This document shows positions 42,903 through 54,408 of a stretch of 64,000 nt of DNA, piece by piece. A program made the position numbers and the translations under genes. Position 1 is the stretch's first letter; every line of letters begins with the position of its first letter. The DNA is from Terriglobia bacterium (lineage in GTDB: Bacteria > Acidobacteriota > Polarisedimenticolia > Polarisedimenticolales > JAIQFR01). The notes beneath the pieces are model-generated. The model made no database searches. It was not told where the DNA came from and saw nothing but the letters and a program-made list of their open reading frames with translations. The stretch is taken from the NCBI GenBank assembly GCA_963748015.1, contig CAVVHE010000006.1:1-64000 (forward strand), in the 5' to 3' direction.

Positions 42903-43397
42903 ATGAAGAGCTTCCTGAATAGATCCATTGCTGTAGCCGCCGTACTCGCCCTCGGGATCGTCGCGGCACAGGCCGGCCAGGCGCCGCAGAAGGACATCGT
43001 GGACACGGCGGTCGCCGCCGGGTCCTTCAACACGCTGGCCGCCTCGCTGAAGGCGGCCGGTCTCGTCGAAACCCTGAAGGGGAAGGGGCCGTTCACGGTC
43101 TTCGCGCCGACCGACGAGGCTTTCGCCAAGCTCCCGGCCGGCACCGTGGAGGACCTGCTCAAGCCCGAGAACAAGACCAAGCTCGTGTCGATCCTCACGT
43201 ACCACGTCGTTCCCGGAGCCGTTTCCTCCGGAGAGGTCGTCAAGATGACCTCCGCAAAGACGGTTCAGGGGCAGTCGGTGAAGATCTCCACCAAGGACGG
43301 CGGTGTGATGATCGACGGCGCCAAGGTCGTGAAGGCCGACGTAAAGGCTTCCAACGGTGTCATTCACGTGATCGACAGCGTGATCCTGCCGCAGTAG
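42903..43397 (+). CDS. Fasciclin (FAS1) domain protein
   Basis: [31 protein letters not shown]. Confidence 0.95.
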   Translation: MKSFLNRSIAVAAVLALGIVAAQAGQAPQKDIVDTAVAAGSFNTLAASLKAAGLVETLKGKGPFTVFAPTDEAFAKLPAGTVEDLLKPENKTKLVSILTYHVVPGAVSSGEVVKMTSAKTVQGQSVKISTKDGGVMIDGAKVVKADVKASNGVIHVIDSVILPQ

Positions 43398-43466
43398 GCG
43401 GACCCTCCAGGCTCGGGGAGGGCGCGGCCGTCGCGCCCTCCCCGGGACCGTTTCGAAGGAGAAGAC

Positions 43467-44018
43467 GTGAAGCTCGCGATGGCACTCTGCGCAGTAGCTC
43501 TTCTCGCGGGGCCCGCTTCCGCGACGGGGGAGAAGAACATGTCCTTTCACGATCTCACCGCGAACACCCTGGAAGGAGCTTCGAGGCGACTTTCCGAGTA
43601 CAGGGGAAAGGTGCTCGTGGTGGTGAACACCGCCTCCGAGTGCGGCTTCACGCCTCAATACGCGGGACTCGAGCGGCTCTACGAGAGCTACAAGGACAGG
43701 GGAGTCGTCGTTCTCGGATTCCCCTCGAACGACTTCGGAGGCCAGGAGCCCGGCACCGCCGCTGAGATCAAGACGTTCTGTGAAAGGAAGTACCGAGTGA
43801 CGTTTCCGATGTTCGCCAAGGTGAGGACGAAAGGCGAGGGACAGTCGCCCGTCTACGAGTTCCTGACCGCCAAGCACGGCGAGCCCCAGTGGAACTTCCA
43901 CAAATACGTCGTCGGGAAAAACGGCCAGGTGCGCGCCGCGTTTGCCAGCGCCGTGACTCCGGACAGCAAGGAGCTGAAAGACGCGATCGAGGCGGCGTTA
44001 CGGAGCGACGCAAACTGA
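43467..44018 (+). CDS. Glutathione peroxidase (Cys type)
   Basis: NTASECGFTPQY, GFPSNDFGGQEPG, WNFHKY. Confidence 0.93.
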   Translation: MKLAMALCAVALLAGPASATGEKNMSFHDLTANTLEGASRRLSEYRGKVLVVVNTASECGFTPQYAGLERLYESYKDRGVVVLGFPSNDFGGQEPGTAAEIKTFCERKYRVTFPMFAKVRTKGEGQSPVYEFLTAKHGEPQWNFHKYVVGKNGQVRAAFASAVTPDSKELKDAIEAALRSDAN

Positions 44019-44040
44019 CGTTTCCTCCTACCTCCTGGCG

Positions 44041-44442
44041 TCACCTCAGGAGTCGCACGGCCCCGACGCCGATCACGGACACCGCACCGGTCAATAGCGC
44101 ACCCCACCCGAGGTCGATGACGGTGACGACGACGGGCCAATCACGTATCAGCGCCTGATTGGTCAGGTCGTAGGTCGCGTAGGTGACCAGCCCGAAGAAG
44201 GCGCCCGTCACGAACACGCGTCCCAGCGAACCGCTTGCTGCCAGGGGCAGCACGACGAAGTACGCCACGCCCGCGGCGAACACGAGGTAGAACGAGACTG
44301 CCGCCCACCAGCGAACGTCCGGCGCAAGGAGGTATCCCAGCTTGTGGGAGTAGAACCGCTTGGCCACCGCTCCGAGCCAGATGGCGTCCAGCACGAGGAT
44401 GCCCGCCAGCACCGCGGCGTAGGTAACGAGTATTTTTTTCAT
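44041..44442 (-). CDS. DUF2177 membrane protein
   Basis: LDAIWL, YATYDLTN, DLGWG. Confidence 0.85.
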   Translation of the reverse strand: MKKILVTYAAVLAGILVLDAIWLGAVAKRFYSHKLGYLLAPDVRWWAAVSFYLVFAAGVAYFVVLPLAASGSLGRVFVTGAFFGLVTYATYDLTNQALIRDWPVVVTVIDLGWGALLTGAVSVIGVGAVRLLR

Positions 44443-44957
44443 GAGGATAGCCTAGCTCAACTGCAGTCGTCTGCCGCACAGTGCTTGGCGGAACGCAAAT
44501 CGTACACCTGCGGCTTCGGGTCACCCGGAACAGCTTCTCCCGCTCGCCATCGATTGGACGTGTGGTCGCTCGTACCGTACGGACCGGCTCGAACTCGGCT
44601 TCCGAGCCGCACCCAGGTGTCCATCCGGGTCACCGCAACCCTCGAACGGCACGACCCTCCTCGAACTCCTCGTGGACTGGAAAGAGGGACGAATCGATGA
44701 GACGTCCATCAGGCGCCCTATTCTCGACCTCTTGAGATTCCCCGGCCTCGGGGCCGCGCAAGGTCGAGCCCTGCCTCCGGCGCCAGACGGACCTACAGCC
44801 TCTCTCTGCTGCAAGAAGAAGGGCCAGACCTCGCCATCTTCCGGCGCGACGCTCCGACCGAAGCGCCGTCGTCAAGAGCTGGAAGCCCCGCGAAATCGAA
44901 AAGGCGATATGATTCGATCACCCATGCCCTTCGGCAGGAGAACACGAAGGAGAATGA

Positions 44958-46568
44958 ATGAGACCGAGAACACTCGAGTACGGCTTGCCGCTCCTGATAG
45001 CGGGCGCGGCGTTGCTCGGCGCGGTCGCGCCGGCCCAGGCCCAGGCGCGTAAACCCAACATCGTCATCATCTGGGGCGACGACATCGGCCAGTCCGATGT
45101 CAGCGCGTATTCCATGGGGCTGATGGGCTTTCGCACGCCCAATATCGACCGCGTCGCCAAGGAAGGCATGATCTTCACGGACTACTATGCCGAGCAGAGC
45201 TGCACCGCCGGCCGCGCGTCGTTCATCACCGGGCAGTCCGGCCTGCGCACGGGCCTTACCAAGGTCGGGTTGCCGGGGGCGACGGTAGGACTTCAGAAGG
45301 AAGACCCGACGATTGCCGAGCTGTTGAAATCCCAAGGCTATGCCACAGGCCAGTTCGGCAAGAATCACCTGGGCGACCGCAATGAGTATCTGCCCACGGT
45401 GCACGGCTTCGACGAGTTCTACGGCAATCTGTACCACCTGAACGCCGAGGAAGAGCCGGAGCTTCCGGACTACCCGAAAGACCCGGCCTTCCGCGCCAAG
45501 TTCGGGCCGCGCGGCGTGCTGGACTGCAAGGCCTCCGCCACCGACGACCCGACGATGGACACGCGCTTCGGCAAGGTCGGCAAGCAGGTGTGCAAGGACA
45601 CCGGCCCCTTGACGAAGAAGCGGATGGAGACCATCGACGACGACATCGCCGCGCGGGCCGTGGACTTCATCCAGCGGCAGAACAAGGCAGGCAAGCCGGC
45701 TTTTGTCTGGGTGAACTTCACTCACATGCACTTGCGCACCCACACCAAGCCGGAGAGCATCGGCCAGGCGGGTCGCTGGCAGAGCCCGTACCACGACACG
45801 ATGATCGATCACGACAAGAACGTCGGGCAGGTTCTCAAGGTGCTTGACGATCTGGGCATCGCGGACAACACGTTCGTCATGTACTCGACCGATAACGGCC
45901 CGCACATGAACAGCTGGCCTGACGGAGCGATGACGCCGTTCCGCAGCGAGAAGAACACGAACTGGGAAGGGGCGTACCGGGTGCCCGCGATGGTCCGCTG
46001 GCCGGGCCACATCAAGCCGGGGAGCGTGTCCAACGAAATCGTCGCCGCGCTCGACTGGCTGCCGACGCTCGTCGCCGTCGGAGGTGACCCGCAGGTCAAG
46101 GACAAGCTGCTCAAAGGCTATACGGTCGGGGACATGACCTACAAGGTCCACCTCGACGGCGACAACCTCGTCCCGTACTTGACCGGCCAGACCGCGAAGA
46201 GCCCGCGGGAATCGTTCTTCTACGTCAACGACGACCAGCAGTTGGTCGCACTACGCTACGACAACTGGAAGATCGTGTTCATGGAACAGAGGGTTCCCGG
46301 CACGCTGCAAATCTGGGCCGAGCCTTTCGTCACCGTCCGGGTCCCAAAGCTCTTCAATCTTCGAACGGACCCGTATGAGCGGGCGGACATCACCTCGAAC
46401 ACGTATTACGACTGGATCATGGATCACGTCTTCCTTTTCGTCCCCGCGCAGAGCTACGTGGGCCAGTTTCTTATGACCTTCAAGGACTACCCGCAACGGC
46501 AGAAGGCGGCCAGTTTCAACATGGATGAAGTTCTCCAGAGCCTGAAGGAAAGCGGCGGGTCTAAGTAG
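44958..46568 (+). CDS. Exported arylsulfatase
   Basis: GDDIG, SCTAGRA, GKNHLGD, TDNG. Confidence 0.93.
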   Translation: MRPRTLEYGLPLLIAGAALLGAVAPAQAQARKPNIVIIWGDDIGQSDVSAYSMGLMGFRTPNIDRVAKEGMIFTDYYAEQSCTAGRASFITGQSGLRTGLTKVGLPGATVGLQKEDPTIAELLKSQGYATGQFGKNHLGDRNEYLPTVHGFDEFYGNLYHLNAEEEPELPDYPKDPAFRAKFGPRGVLDCKASATDDPTMDTRFGKVGKQVCKDTGPLTKKRMETIDDDIAARAVDFIQRQNKAGKPAFVWVNFTHMHLRTHTKPESIGQAGRWQSPYHDTMIDHDKNVGQVLKVLDDLGIADNTFVMYSTDNGPHMNSWPDGAMTPFRSEKNTNWEGAYRVPAMVRWPGHIKPGSVSNEIVAALDWLPTLVAVGGDPQVKDKLLKGYTVGDMTYKVHLDGDNLVPYLTGQTAKSPRESFFYVNDDQQLVALRYDNWKIVFMEQRVPGTLQIWAEPFVTVRVPKLFNLRTDPYERADITSNTYYDWIMDHVFLFVPAQSYVGQFLMTFKDYPQRQKAASFNMDEVLQSLKESGGSK

Positions 46569-46619
46569 GTCGGACGCGGCGGGGCGCTTCGATGGAAGTG
46601 CCCCGCGTCGAATCCGCAG

Positions 46620-48269
46620 ATGAAGAGGCTATTGATGAAAAGCCCGCTGATGAGGCTCTTGCTCCCTCTGCTGTTGCTCACGAACGCGGCCTCCGCCGCC
46701 GATCCGCTGCCATCCTGGAACGACACCGCACCAAAGAAAGCGATCATCGCCTTCGTAGAGAGGGTCACCAAGCCCGGCTCGACGGACTTCGTGCCCGTCC
46801 CCGAGCGCATCGCCACGTTTGACAACGACGGCACGCTCTGGTGCGAGCAGCCGGCGCCCGTTCAGTTGTACTTCGCGATTGACCGCGTGAAGTCGCTCGC
46901 GCCGCAGCATCCCGAATGGAAGGACAAGGAACCGTTCGCCTCGCTGCTCAAGGGCGATCTCAAGACCGCGCTCGCGGGCGGCGACCAAGCGATCCTGGAA
47001 CTCTTCATGGCCACGCACACGGGCATGACCACGGAGGAGTTCGAGAAAATCGTCAAGGACTGGATCGCCACCGCGAAGCATCCGAAGACCGGCAGGCTCT
47101 TCACCGAAATGGTCTATCAGCCGATGCTCGAGCTGCTCGCCTACCTCCGGGCGAACGGTTTCAAGAACTTCATCGTGTCCGGCGGCGGCATCGAGTTCAT
47201 GCGCCCTTGGGCGGAGAAGGTTTACGGCATCCCGCCGGAACAGGTCATCGGTAGCAGCATCAAGACGAAGTTCGAAATGCGCGACAGCAAGCCGGTCCTC
47301 GCGCGCCTGCCGGAGCTGAACTTCAACGACGATAGGGGGGGCAAGCCGGTCGGCATCAACCAGCACATCGGGCGGCGGCCCATCGCCGCCTTCGGCAACT
47401 CCCGTGGCGACCAGGAGATGCTGGAATACACGCAGGGCGGCGACGGGGCGCGATTCATGCTGCTCGTGCTGCACGACGATGCCGCGCGCGAATACGCCTA
47501 CGGTCCGGCCCGCGGATTGCCGGACGTCAAACTGGGTGCCTTCCCGCCCGCGCTGGATGAGCATGCGAAGAAGGACGGCTGGACCGTCGTCAGTATGAAG
47601 AACGACTGGAAACAGGTCTTCCCGTCCGAGCAGGCCGCGATCACGGCCATCGACGTCCTGCTGGAACCGGACGCCACGATGCTCCGGCATTGCGAAGCCA
47701 ACAATGCGCGCCTGCTGAAGGTCTACCCGAAGGGATTCGCCCTGGATGAGACGCACCGGCCGCACATCACGCTGATTCAGCGTTTCGTCCGCACGGCGGA
47801 TCTCGACAAGGTCCATGCCGCCGCCGGCAAGGTCCTGGCCGACGCCCGCGTGAAAAGCATGAAGCTGGAGGCGTTCAAGTACTACTACGCTCCGGCCGGG
47901 GCTGTCGGCATCGCGGGGATTTGCGCGAAGCCCACGCCGGAGATCCTCAAGCTGCAAGCGGACATCATCGCCGCCGTGAAGCCGTTCGTCGTGGACACCG
48001 GACCCATCGGCGCGTTCACCGCCCCGCACGACGATCCCGCCACCGACGCGGCCATGATCCAGTACGTCTCGACGTATGTGCCGAAGATGAGCGGAGAGAA
48101 CTTCAATCCGCACGTCAGCACCGGCGTCGCGCCGAGAGAGTATCTCGACAAGATGCTCGCCGAGTCGTTCGAGTCGTTCACGTTCTCGCCTGCGGGCGCG
48201 GCCGTCTACCAGCTCGGGCCGTTCGGCACGGCGGCGAAGAAACTCAAGGAATGGGATTTGAGAGAATAA
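46620..48269 (+). CDS. Exported HAD phosphatase fused to a 2H-phosphoesterase-like domain
   Basis: FDNDGTL, VSGGG, GNSRGD; C-terminal PHITL and PHVST. Confidence 0.82.
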   Translation: MKRLLMKSPLMRLLLPLLLLTNAASAADPLPSWNDTAPKKAIIAFVERVTKPGSTDFVPVPERIATFDNDGTLWCEQPAPVQLYFAIDRVKSLAPQHPEWKDKEPFASLLKGDLKTALAGGDQAILELFMATHTGMTTEEFEKIVKDWIATAKHPKTGRLFTEMVYQPMLELLAYLRANGFKNFIVSGGGIEFMRPWAEKVYGIPPEQVIGSSIKTKFEMRDSKPVLARLPELNFNDDRGGKPVGINQHIGRRPIAAFGNSRGDQEMLEYTQGGDGARFMLLVLHDDAAREYAYGPARGLPDVKLGAFPPALDEHAKKDGWTVVSMKNDWKQVFPSEQAAITAIDVLLEPDATMLRHCEANNARLLKVYPKGFALDETHRPHITLIQRFVRTADLDKVHAAAGKVLADARVKSMKLEAFKYYYAPAGAVGIAGICAKPTPEILKLQADIIAAVKPFVVDTGPIGAFTAPHDDPATDAAMIQYVSTYVPKMSGENFNPHVSTGVAPREYLDKMLAESFESFTFSPAGAAVYQLGPFGTAAKKLKEWDLRE

Positions 48270-48684
48270 GGCTCGCTGCCGGACAACGTCTCGGCGCTGC
48301 CGCGACCGAGGCGTTCGTCGACAAGAGCCGGGCCGCGCCTGGCGTTTAGCGGTTGACGCTGACGATCCGGGGCGATCGCGCCGTCGTCCGCGCGGGCGGG
48401 GCACGCTCCCACGCGCTGCCATCCTGTTGCGGGTGGGGTTACACCCCATGGAGGTTCGCCCACCCAACACCTAGTGTGTCCTTCGGTGACGCCCGACGGC
48501 CCGATCGGAACAGGACAGGGACGTTGATCGCCGTCACGACATGGGACGGCACACGGTCGTATTACGGGACCGGAATCGCGGCCGGCCACGGAACCGGGAC
48601 GATCCGGTCACCTAGGCTGACGACCAGATCGTCCCGATCGGCGCCCCGCACGGCCTTGCCGGGAAGGACGAACAGTAGGTGAAG

Positions 48685-49977
48685 ATGAGCCGCAACGCGC
48701 GAAACCGCTGGCTCGCGTGCCGCGTCGCACTCGTCCTGGCGTGTGACATGGCGGCGTTCGCTCAGGGCGGGTGCGCGACGATGGGGCACTCGTCACCCTC
48801 GGGCCAGCGGGACTACTACACGTTCACCCCGACATTCTCGATCGAGGATCCCCAGTTCCGCCGGTCGCTGGACAGCGTCGGCAACGCCATGGTCGGAGGA
48901 AACTCCGCCGTGCTGCTCGAGAACGGCGACGGCGTCTTCCCGGCCATGCTGAAGGACATTCGGGAGGCCAAGGTCTCGGTCGACTTCGAGGTGTACATCT
49001 TCATGCCCGACGAAGCCGGTAAGCGGTTCGCCGGTGCCTTCATCGAAGCGGCGGGCCGCGGTGTCCATGTACGCCTCCTGGTCGATGCCCAGGGAGGAAA
49101 GCTGAAGGAACTGGGGAAAGGGATGGAGGCCGCGGGCGTGAACTGCAAGTCCTACCGGCCCGCGTCGCACTACTCCATCGGCGGACGGAGGACGCACCGC
49201 AAGCTCGCGATCGTCGACGGCAGGATCGGGTACACGGGGGGATTCGGCATCGACGAGCGATGGCTCGGAAACGCCCGCGACAAGACGGAGTGGCACGACG
49301 CCGCCGTCCGCGTCGAAGGTCCGGTCGTCGCGCAGATGCAAGCGATCTTCAGCGAGGACTGGACGTTCACGACGGGTGAGATCCTCGCCGGCGACGCGTT
49401 CTATCCGAAGACGGAACCGAAGGGGGCCATGCAGGCGCAGGCGCTCAAGGCGTCCAAGGGCGACGCCTCGTCGCTCCCCCAGATGCTCTACTTCATGGCG
49501 ATCCAGTCCGCCCGGACGAGCATCCACATCCAGAACGCATACTTCCTTCCCGATGATCTGATCCGCACGGCGCTCATCGCGGCGGTCGGACGGGGCGTGG
49601 ACGTGAAGGTGATGGTCCCCGGAAAGAACATCGATATCCCGATGGTACGCCTGGCATCGCGCCGCCACTACGGGCCCATGCTGGAAGCAGGGGTCAAGAT
49701 CTACGAATACCAGCCGACGATGATCCACTCGAAGACCGCTGTCGTCGACGGATTGTTCGCGACCATCGGATCGATCAACTTCGATTCGCGCTCGAAGTCC
49801 AAGAACGCGGAGGAGAGCCTCTCGTTCTACGACCGCTCGTTCGCGGCACTGATCGAGGCGATGTTCCAGAGGGACCTGGAACGCTGCAAGCAGGTGACGT
49901 ACGAGGCTTGGCGGCACCGCGGGACGACGGCGCGCCTCGCTGAGCTCTTCTCCGGCCTCTGGGAACCCTACTACTGA
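48685..49977 (+). CDS. Cardiolipin synthase/PLD family protein
   Basis: Two HxKxxxxD motifs (HRKLAIVD, HSKTAVVD). Confidence 0.9.
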   Translation: MSRNARNRWLACRVALVLACDMAAFAQGGCATMGHSSPSGQRDYYTFTPTFSIEDPQFRRSLDSVGNAMVGGNSAVLLENGDGVFPAMLKDIREAKVSVDFEVYIFMPDEAGKRFAGAFIEAAGRGVHVRLLVDAQGGKLKELGKGMEAAGVNCKSYRPASHYSIGGRRTHRKLAIVDGRIGYTGGFGIDERWLGNARDKTEWHDAAVRVEGPVVAQMQAIFSEDWTFTTGEILAGDAFYPKTEPKGAMQAQALKASKGDASSLPQMLYFMAIQSARTSIHIQNAYFLPDDLIRTALIAAVGRGVDVKVMVPGKNIDIPMVRLASRRHYGPMLEAGVKIYEYQPTMIHSKTAVVDGLFATIGSINFDSRSKSKNAEESLSFYDRSFAALIEAMFQRDLERCKQVTYEAWRHRGTTARLAELFSGLWEPYY

Positions 49978-50474
49978 TTCCGATGCCGCTTGGTGTCCCG
50001 CGTCCGGCCCCGAAGTCCGTCGAGCTTCCGCTCACTCCGAGGATCACACCCGAGCCGCCGGTGGCGCCACGCAGACCGTCGACGACCTGCTCCGCGTCCG
50101 GGAGTGACGAGGCCGCTCTCGCGGGATGCGCGCAGTGCGGCACCGAGCCAGACCGCGCTGGGCTGTTCCTCCTGACCCGGGCACGCCACCTTGTAGGGCC
50201 GTTTGCTGAGGCTGCTCTTGGTGCCCGCCTTCTCTATGAATTCCTCCGCGCTGGCGACGCGACCGTGCTTGATCAAGTAGTCGAGCTTCAGCCGCAGGTG
50301 GTCCTTGGCCTCGGCGCCGGTGTGCCAGGTGCCGTTGCGATAGAACTGGCAGCCGGACGCCTCGAGCCTGCTCAGCAGGGCGTCGATTTCTGCTCCGGCC
50401 GTCGGAGGCAGCTCGCCCGCGAAAGCGATCGTTACGGACAGCACCAGAAGCGCAAGACAAATCGTGCCACGCAT
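49971..50474 (-). CDS. DUF5329-like exported protein (3' end may be extended)
   Basis: CQFYRNGTWH, AEEFIEKAGTKSSLS..PY.V.C. Confidence 0.75.
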   Translation of the reverse strand: MRGTICLALLVLSVTIAFAGELPPTAGAEIDALLSRLEASGCQFYRNGTWHTGAEAKDHLRLKLDYLIKHGRVASAEEFIEKAGTKSSLSKRPYKVACPGQEEQPSAVWLGAALRASRESGLVTPGRGAGRRRSAWRHRRLGCDPRSERKLDGLRGRTRDTKRHRNQ

Positions 50475-50804
50475 GGTGACTCCATCATTTGCCCATTCCA
50501 TCGCGCCGCACATGGGGTGTTTCCCTACCGCCCGCTGCGCGGGCTGGTCACGCCATGGCGATCACGTATGGGGTCGGGAGGCTGTGCGGGGCCGTGGTAG
50601 TCCCGGCTCGGCGCGCGGCTGGTCGCGATGCGAGCTGACGACACCCGATGACAACTCCGAAACGCGTCGTAAGCCACCGCTCAGATAGAGCATACTCTTC
50701 TCCCGCGTCGGGCGAGAGAATGCCCTGCATCGCAATCGCACCGCGGCAGGACGACCGGAGAGGAAGTGCTCCAGGTGTCCGGAGAATCGGGGAGCGGACC
50801 AGGA

Positions 50805-51497
50805 ATGCGAGTCCCGCCGCGCGCCGGCGAGGTTGCCGGCGAAAGCTGGCTCGAATCGGTGCGGGGCACCGTCGCGCTCTACCGGGGCGCGCGCCGCGAA
50901 CATCGCGGGTACGTGCGATTCAAGGTCCGGATGGACCCCGTCTACAGGCTGATCTGCGAGCGTTTGGGCCGAGTCGGTTCGGTCGTGGACCTCGGAACGG
51001 GTTTCGCTCTTCTCCCCGCCCTGCTCTCCATCCGCCGGCAGGCCGACGAGATCGTCGCGGTCGAATGGGACGAGGCGAAGCTCGCCAGCGCGCGGCTCGC
51101 CTGCTCGAGTCTCTCGAACGTGATCCTTCACGCGGCCGACGCGCGCTCGTTCCGGCTGCCGCCCGCAGATGCGGTGTGCCTCGTCGATCTCCTTCACTAC
51201 TACCCTGTCGAGGAGCAGAGGGCGCTTCTCGAGCGAGCGGCGACGGCCCTGCGGCCCGGAGGACGGCTCGTGATCCGCGAGACATGCGGCTTCCGTGGCG
51301 GTCGCGTACGATTGACGCGGCTGCTCGAGCGGATCTCCGTGCGGTCATGCTGGAACCGGGGGCCTGGCCTGGTCTACCGGGAACGCACGGACCTCGTGGC
51401 CGACCTCTCAGGGCTCGGTCTCGAATGCAGCCTCGAGGGTGCCAGCTCGATCCTCCACGGGGGCAACACGCTGGTCTGGGCGCTCAAGCGCGGGTAG
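50805..51497 (+). CDS. Class I SAM-dependent methyltransferase
   Basis: VVDLGTG, DLLHY, LRPGGRLVIRE. Confidence 0.82.
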   Translation: MRVPPRAGEVAGESWLESVRGTVALYRGARREHRGYVRFKVRMDPVYRLICERLGRVGSVVDLGTGFALLPALLSIRRQADEIVAVEWDEAKLASARLACSSLSNVILHAADARSFRLPPADAVCLVDLLHYYPVEEQRALLERAATALRPGGRLVIRETCGFRGGRVRLTRLLERISVRSCWNRGPGLVYRERTDLVADLSGLGLECSLEGASSILHGGNTLVWALKRG

Positions 51498-51597
51498 CAT
51501 TCATCGGAGCCGCCACCCACGGCGGCGCCCATCGATCAGACTCGGGCTCTCGAACCAACGATGCCGCGCGTCGCGCAGCGTCGTCCATGGGTGGTAG

Positions 51598-52647
<1,050 letters not shown>

Positions 52648-52886
52648 GCGCGCCAGCGCGAGTCCCAGACCGCCGCCCAGGGGATGACCGCCTTCCCGTC
52701 CGGCGACACGCCGGGGCGGGCATCGGGCTCCCCGTTCCCGGGGAATGAGACGCACCGTGCAACGATAACCCTGACCGGCCGACCGGCTGATCTACCCCAC
52801 CGAAGTGGGCGTCCCCCAGTCTGGTAGGCGCCACGTCTCGACCGAGTCACGTCTCCGCTCGTATCATCCCGTCGAGGAACCGTCGA

Positions 52887-54341
52887 ATGAAGAAGACCCT
52901 GCTGTTCGCCACCCTCGTCTGCGTCACCGTCGTTGCCCTCGGCGCCGAGGGACCGGCGCTCGTCCGGCTCGAGGAGATCAACGCCCTGCTTCGCGCGGGA
53001 GACGAGGCCGGGATCCGCGCCTATGCCGAGGCGTCGTTCACCGACTCGATGCGGCGTCCCGCCGCCGGCGATCCGGGCATCCTCCCGTTCCTACTGCAGT
53101 TGTCGCAGCGCCACCGGGGCTTCGAGGTCGTGAGGACCGTCGGCGGCGACGGGCAGGCAGTGACGGCCGTCGTGCGATCGGTGGCTGATCCGTCTCGCAT
53201 GTACCGCTTCAACGTGGCCGTCGAGCCGGCGGCGCCTCATCGCATCGCCGGGCTCTTCCTCCTGGCCGCCGATCCGGAGGACCTCCCGAAGGAGACTCCC
53301 GATCTGGCCGCGGAGCAGGCGATCGCGTCGTTCGGGAAGCAGGTCGATCGGCTCGTCGGGGAGGGATTCTCGGGCGTGGTGCTGCTCGCGCGGGGAAAGG
53401 ACGTGGTCCTGCAACGGGCCGCCGGGGAAGCCGACCGAGGGCTGCACGTGCCGAACACGTTCGACACGGTCTTCGGCCTCGCGTCGATGAACAAGATGTT
53501 CACGGCGGTCGCGGTCGCGAAGCTCGTGGAACAGGGGAGGCTCGCTTACTCCGATCCGGTCGGACGGCACCTCAAGGGATGGCTGCCCGATGATCTGGCG
53601 GCGCGCGTGACCGTCGAGCAGCTGCTGACTCATACCTCCGGGCTCGGCGATTACCTCCATCAGATCGAAATCGATCCGAAGCTGCGCGCGGCGCGAACGT
53701 TGGCCGCGTATCGCGACCTCGTCCGCCGCTCGAAGGTCGAGGGCACGCCGGAAGATGGCCTGCGGTACAGCAACACCGGCTACGTCGTGCTCGGAGCGCT
53801 GATCGAGGCCGTCTCCGGGCGCGACTACTTCGACTTCGTTCGATCGGAGATCTACGCGCCGGCCGGGATGACGCGGACCGATTCGTGGTGCCGGGACGAG
53901 ATCGTCGAAGGGCGCGCCGTCGGCTACATTCCGCCCGACGAGGCCGAGGCGCTGGAGCTCGGCCGGGGGTGGAGGAGCAACCGGGGATTCGAGGGAACGC
54001 GAGGGACGTCCGCGGGAGGCGGGATGTCCACGGCCGGGGATCTGCTCCGCTTCGCCCGGGCGCTGGTCGACGCGAAGCTCGTGAAGCGCGAAACGCTCGC
54101 GACGCTCCTGACGCCGCGCGTGCCCTTCCTTCCGGGAAGCCATTACGCCTTTGGATTCGTCGTTCGCGACGGAGCGGGGCCGACGGCGTTCGGTCACTCC
54201 GGGGGATTCCCCGGAGTGGCGGGGGATCTGCGGGTTTACGGCGGCGGCGACTGGACGCTCGTGGTGCTGTCGAACGTCTCGGACGGCGCGGGCGACGTCG
54301 TCGGCGCGTGGGACGGCCTAACGAGAAGGCTGGCGCCCTGA
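52887..54341 (+). CDS. Serine hydrolase, beta-lactamase class C-like
   Basis: SMNK, LLTHTSG, YSN, HSGG. Confidence 0.9.
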   Translation: MKKTLLFATLVCVTVVALGAEGPALVRLEEINALLRAGDEAGIRAYAEASFTDSMRRPAAGDPGILPFLLQLSQRHRGFEVVRTVGGDGQAVTAVVRSVADPSRMYRFNVAVEPAAPHRIAGLFLLAADPEDLPKETPDLAAEQAIASFGKQVDRLVGEGFSGVVLLARGKDVVLQRAAGEADRGLHVPNTFDTVFGLASMNKMFTAVAVAKLVEQGRLAYSDPVGRHLKGWLPDDLAARVTVEQLLTHTSGLGDYLHQIEIDPKLRAARTLAAYRDLVRRSKVEGTPEDGLRYSNTGYVVLGALIEAVSGRDYFDFVRSEIYAPAGMTRTDSWCRDEIVEGRAVGYIPPDEAEALELGRGWRSNRGFEGTRGTSAGGGMSTAGDLLRFARALVDAKLVKRETLATLLTPRVPFLPGSHYAFGFVVRDGAGPTAFGHSGGFPGVAGDLRVYGGGDWTLVVLSNVSDGAGDVVGAWDGLTRRLAP

Positions 54342-54408
54342 AGGGGATGGTTCGCCGTATCCACGGGATCCTAGCGGCGGCCGACCGACGACCACCGCGG
54401 CGCGCCCT

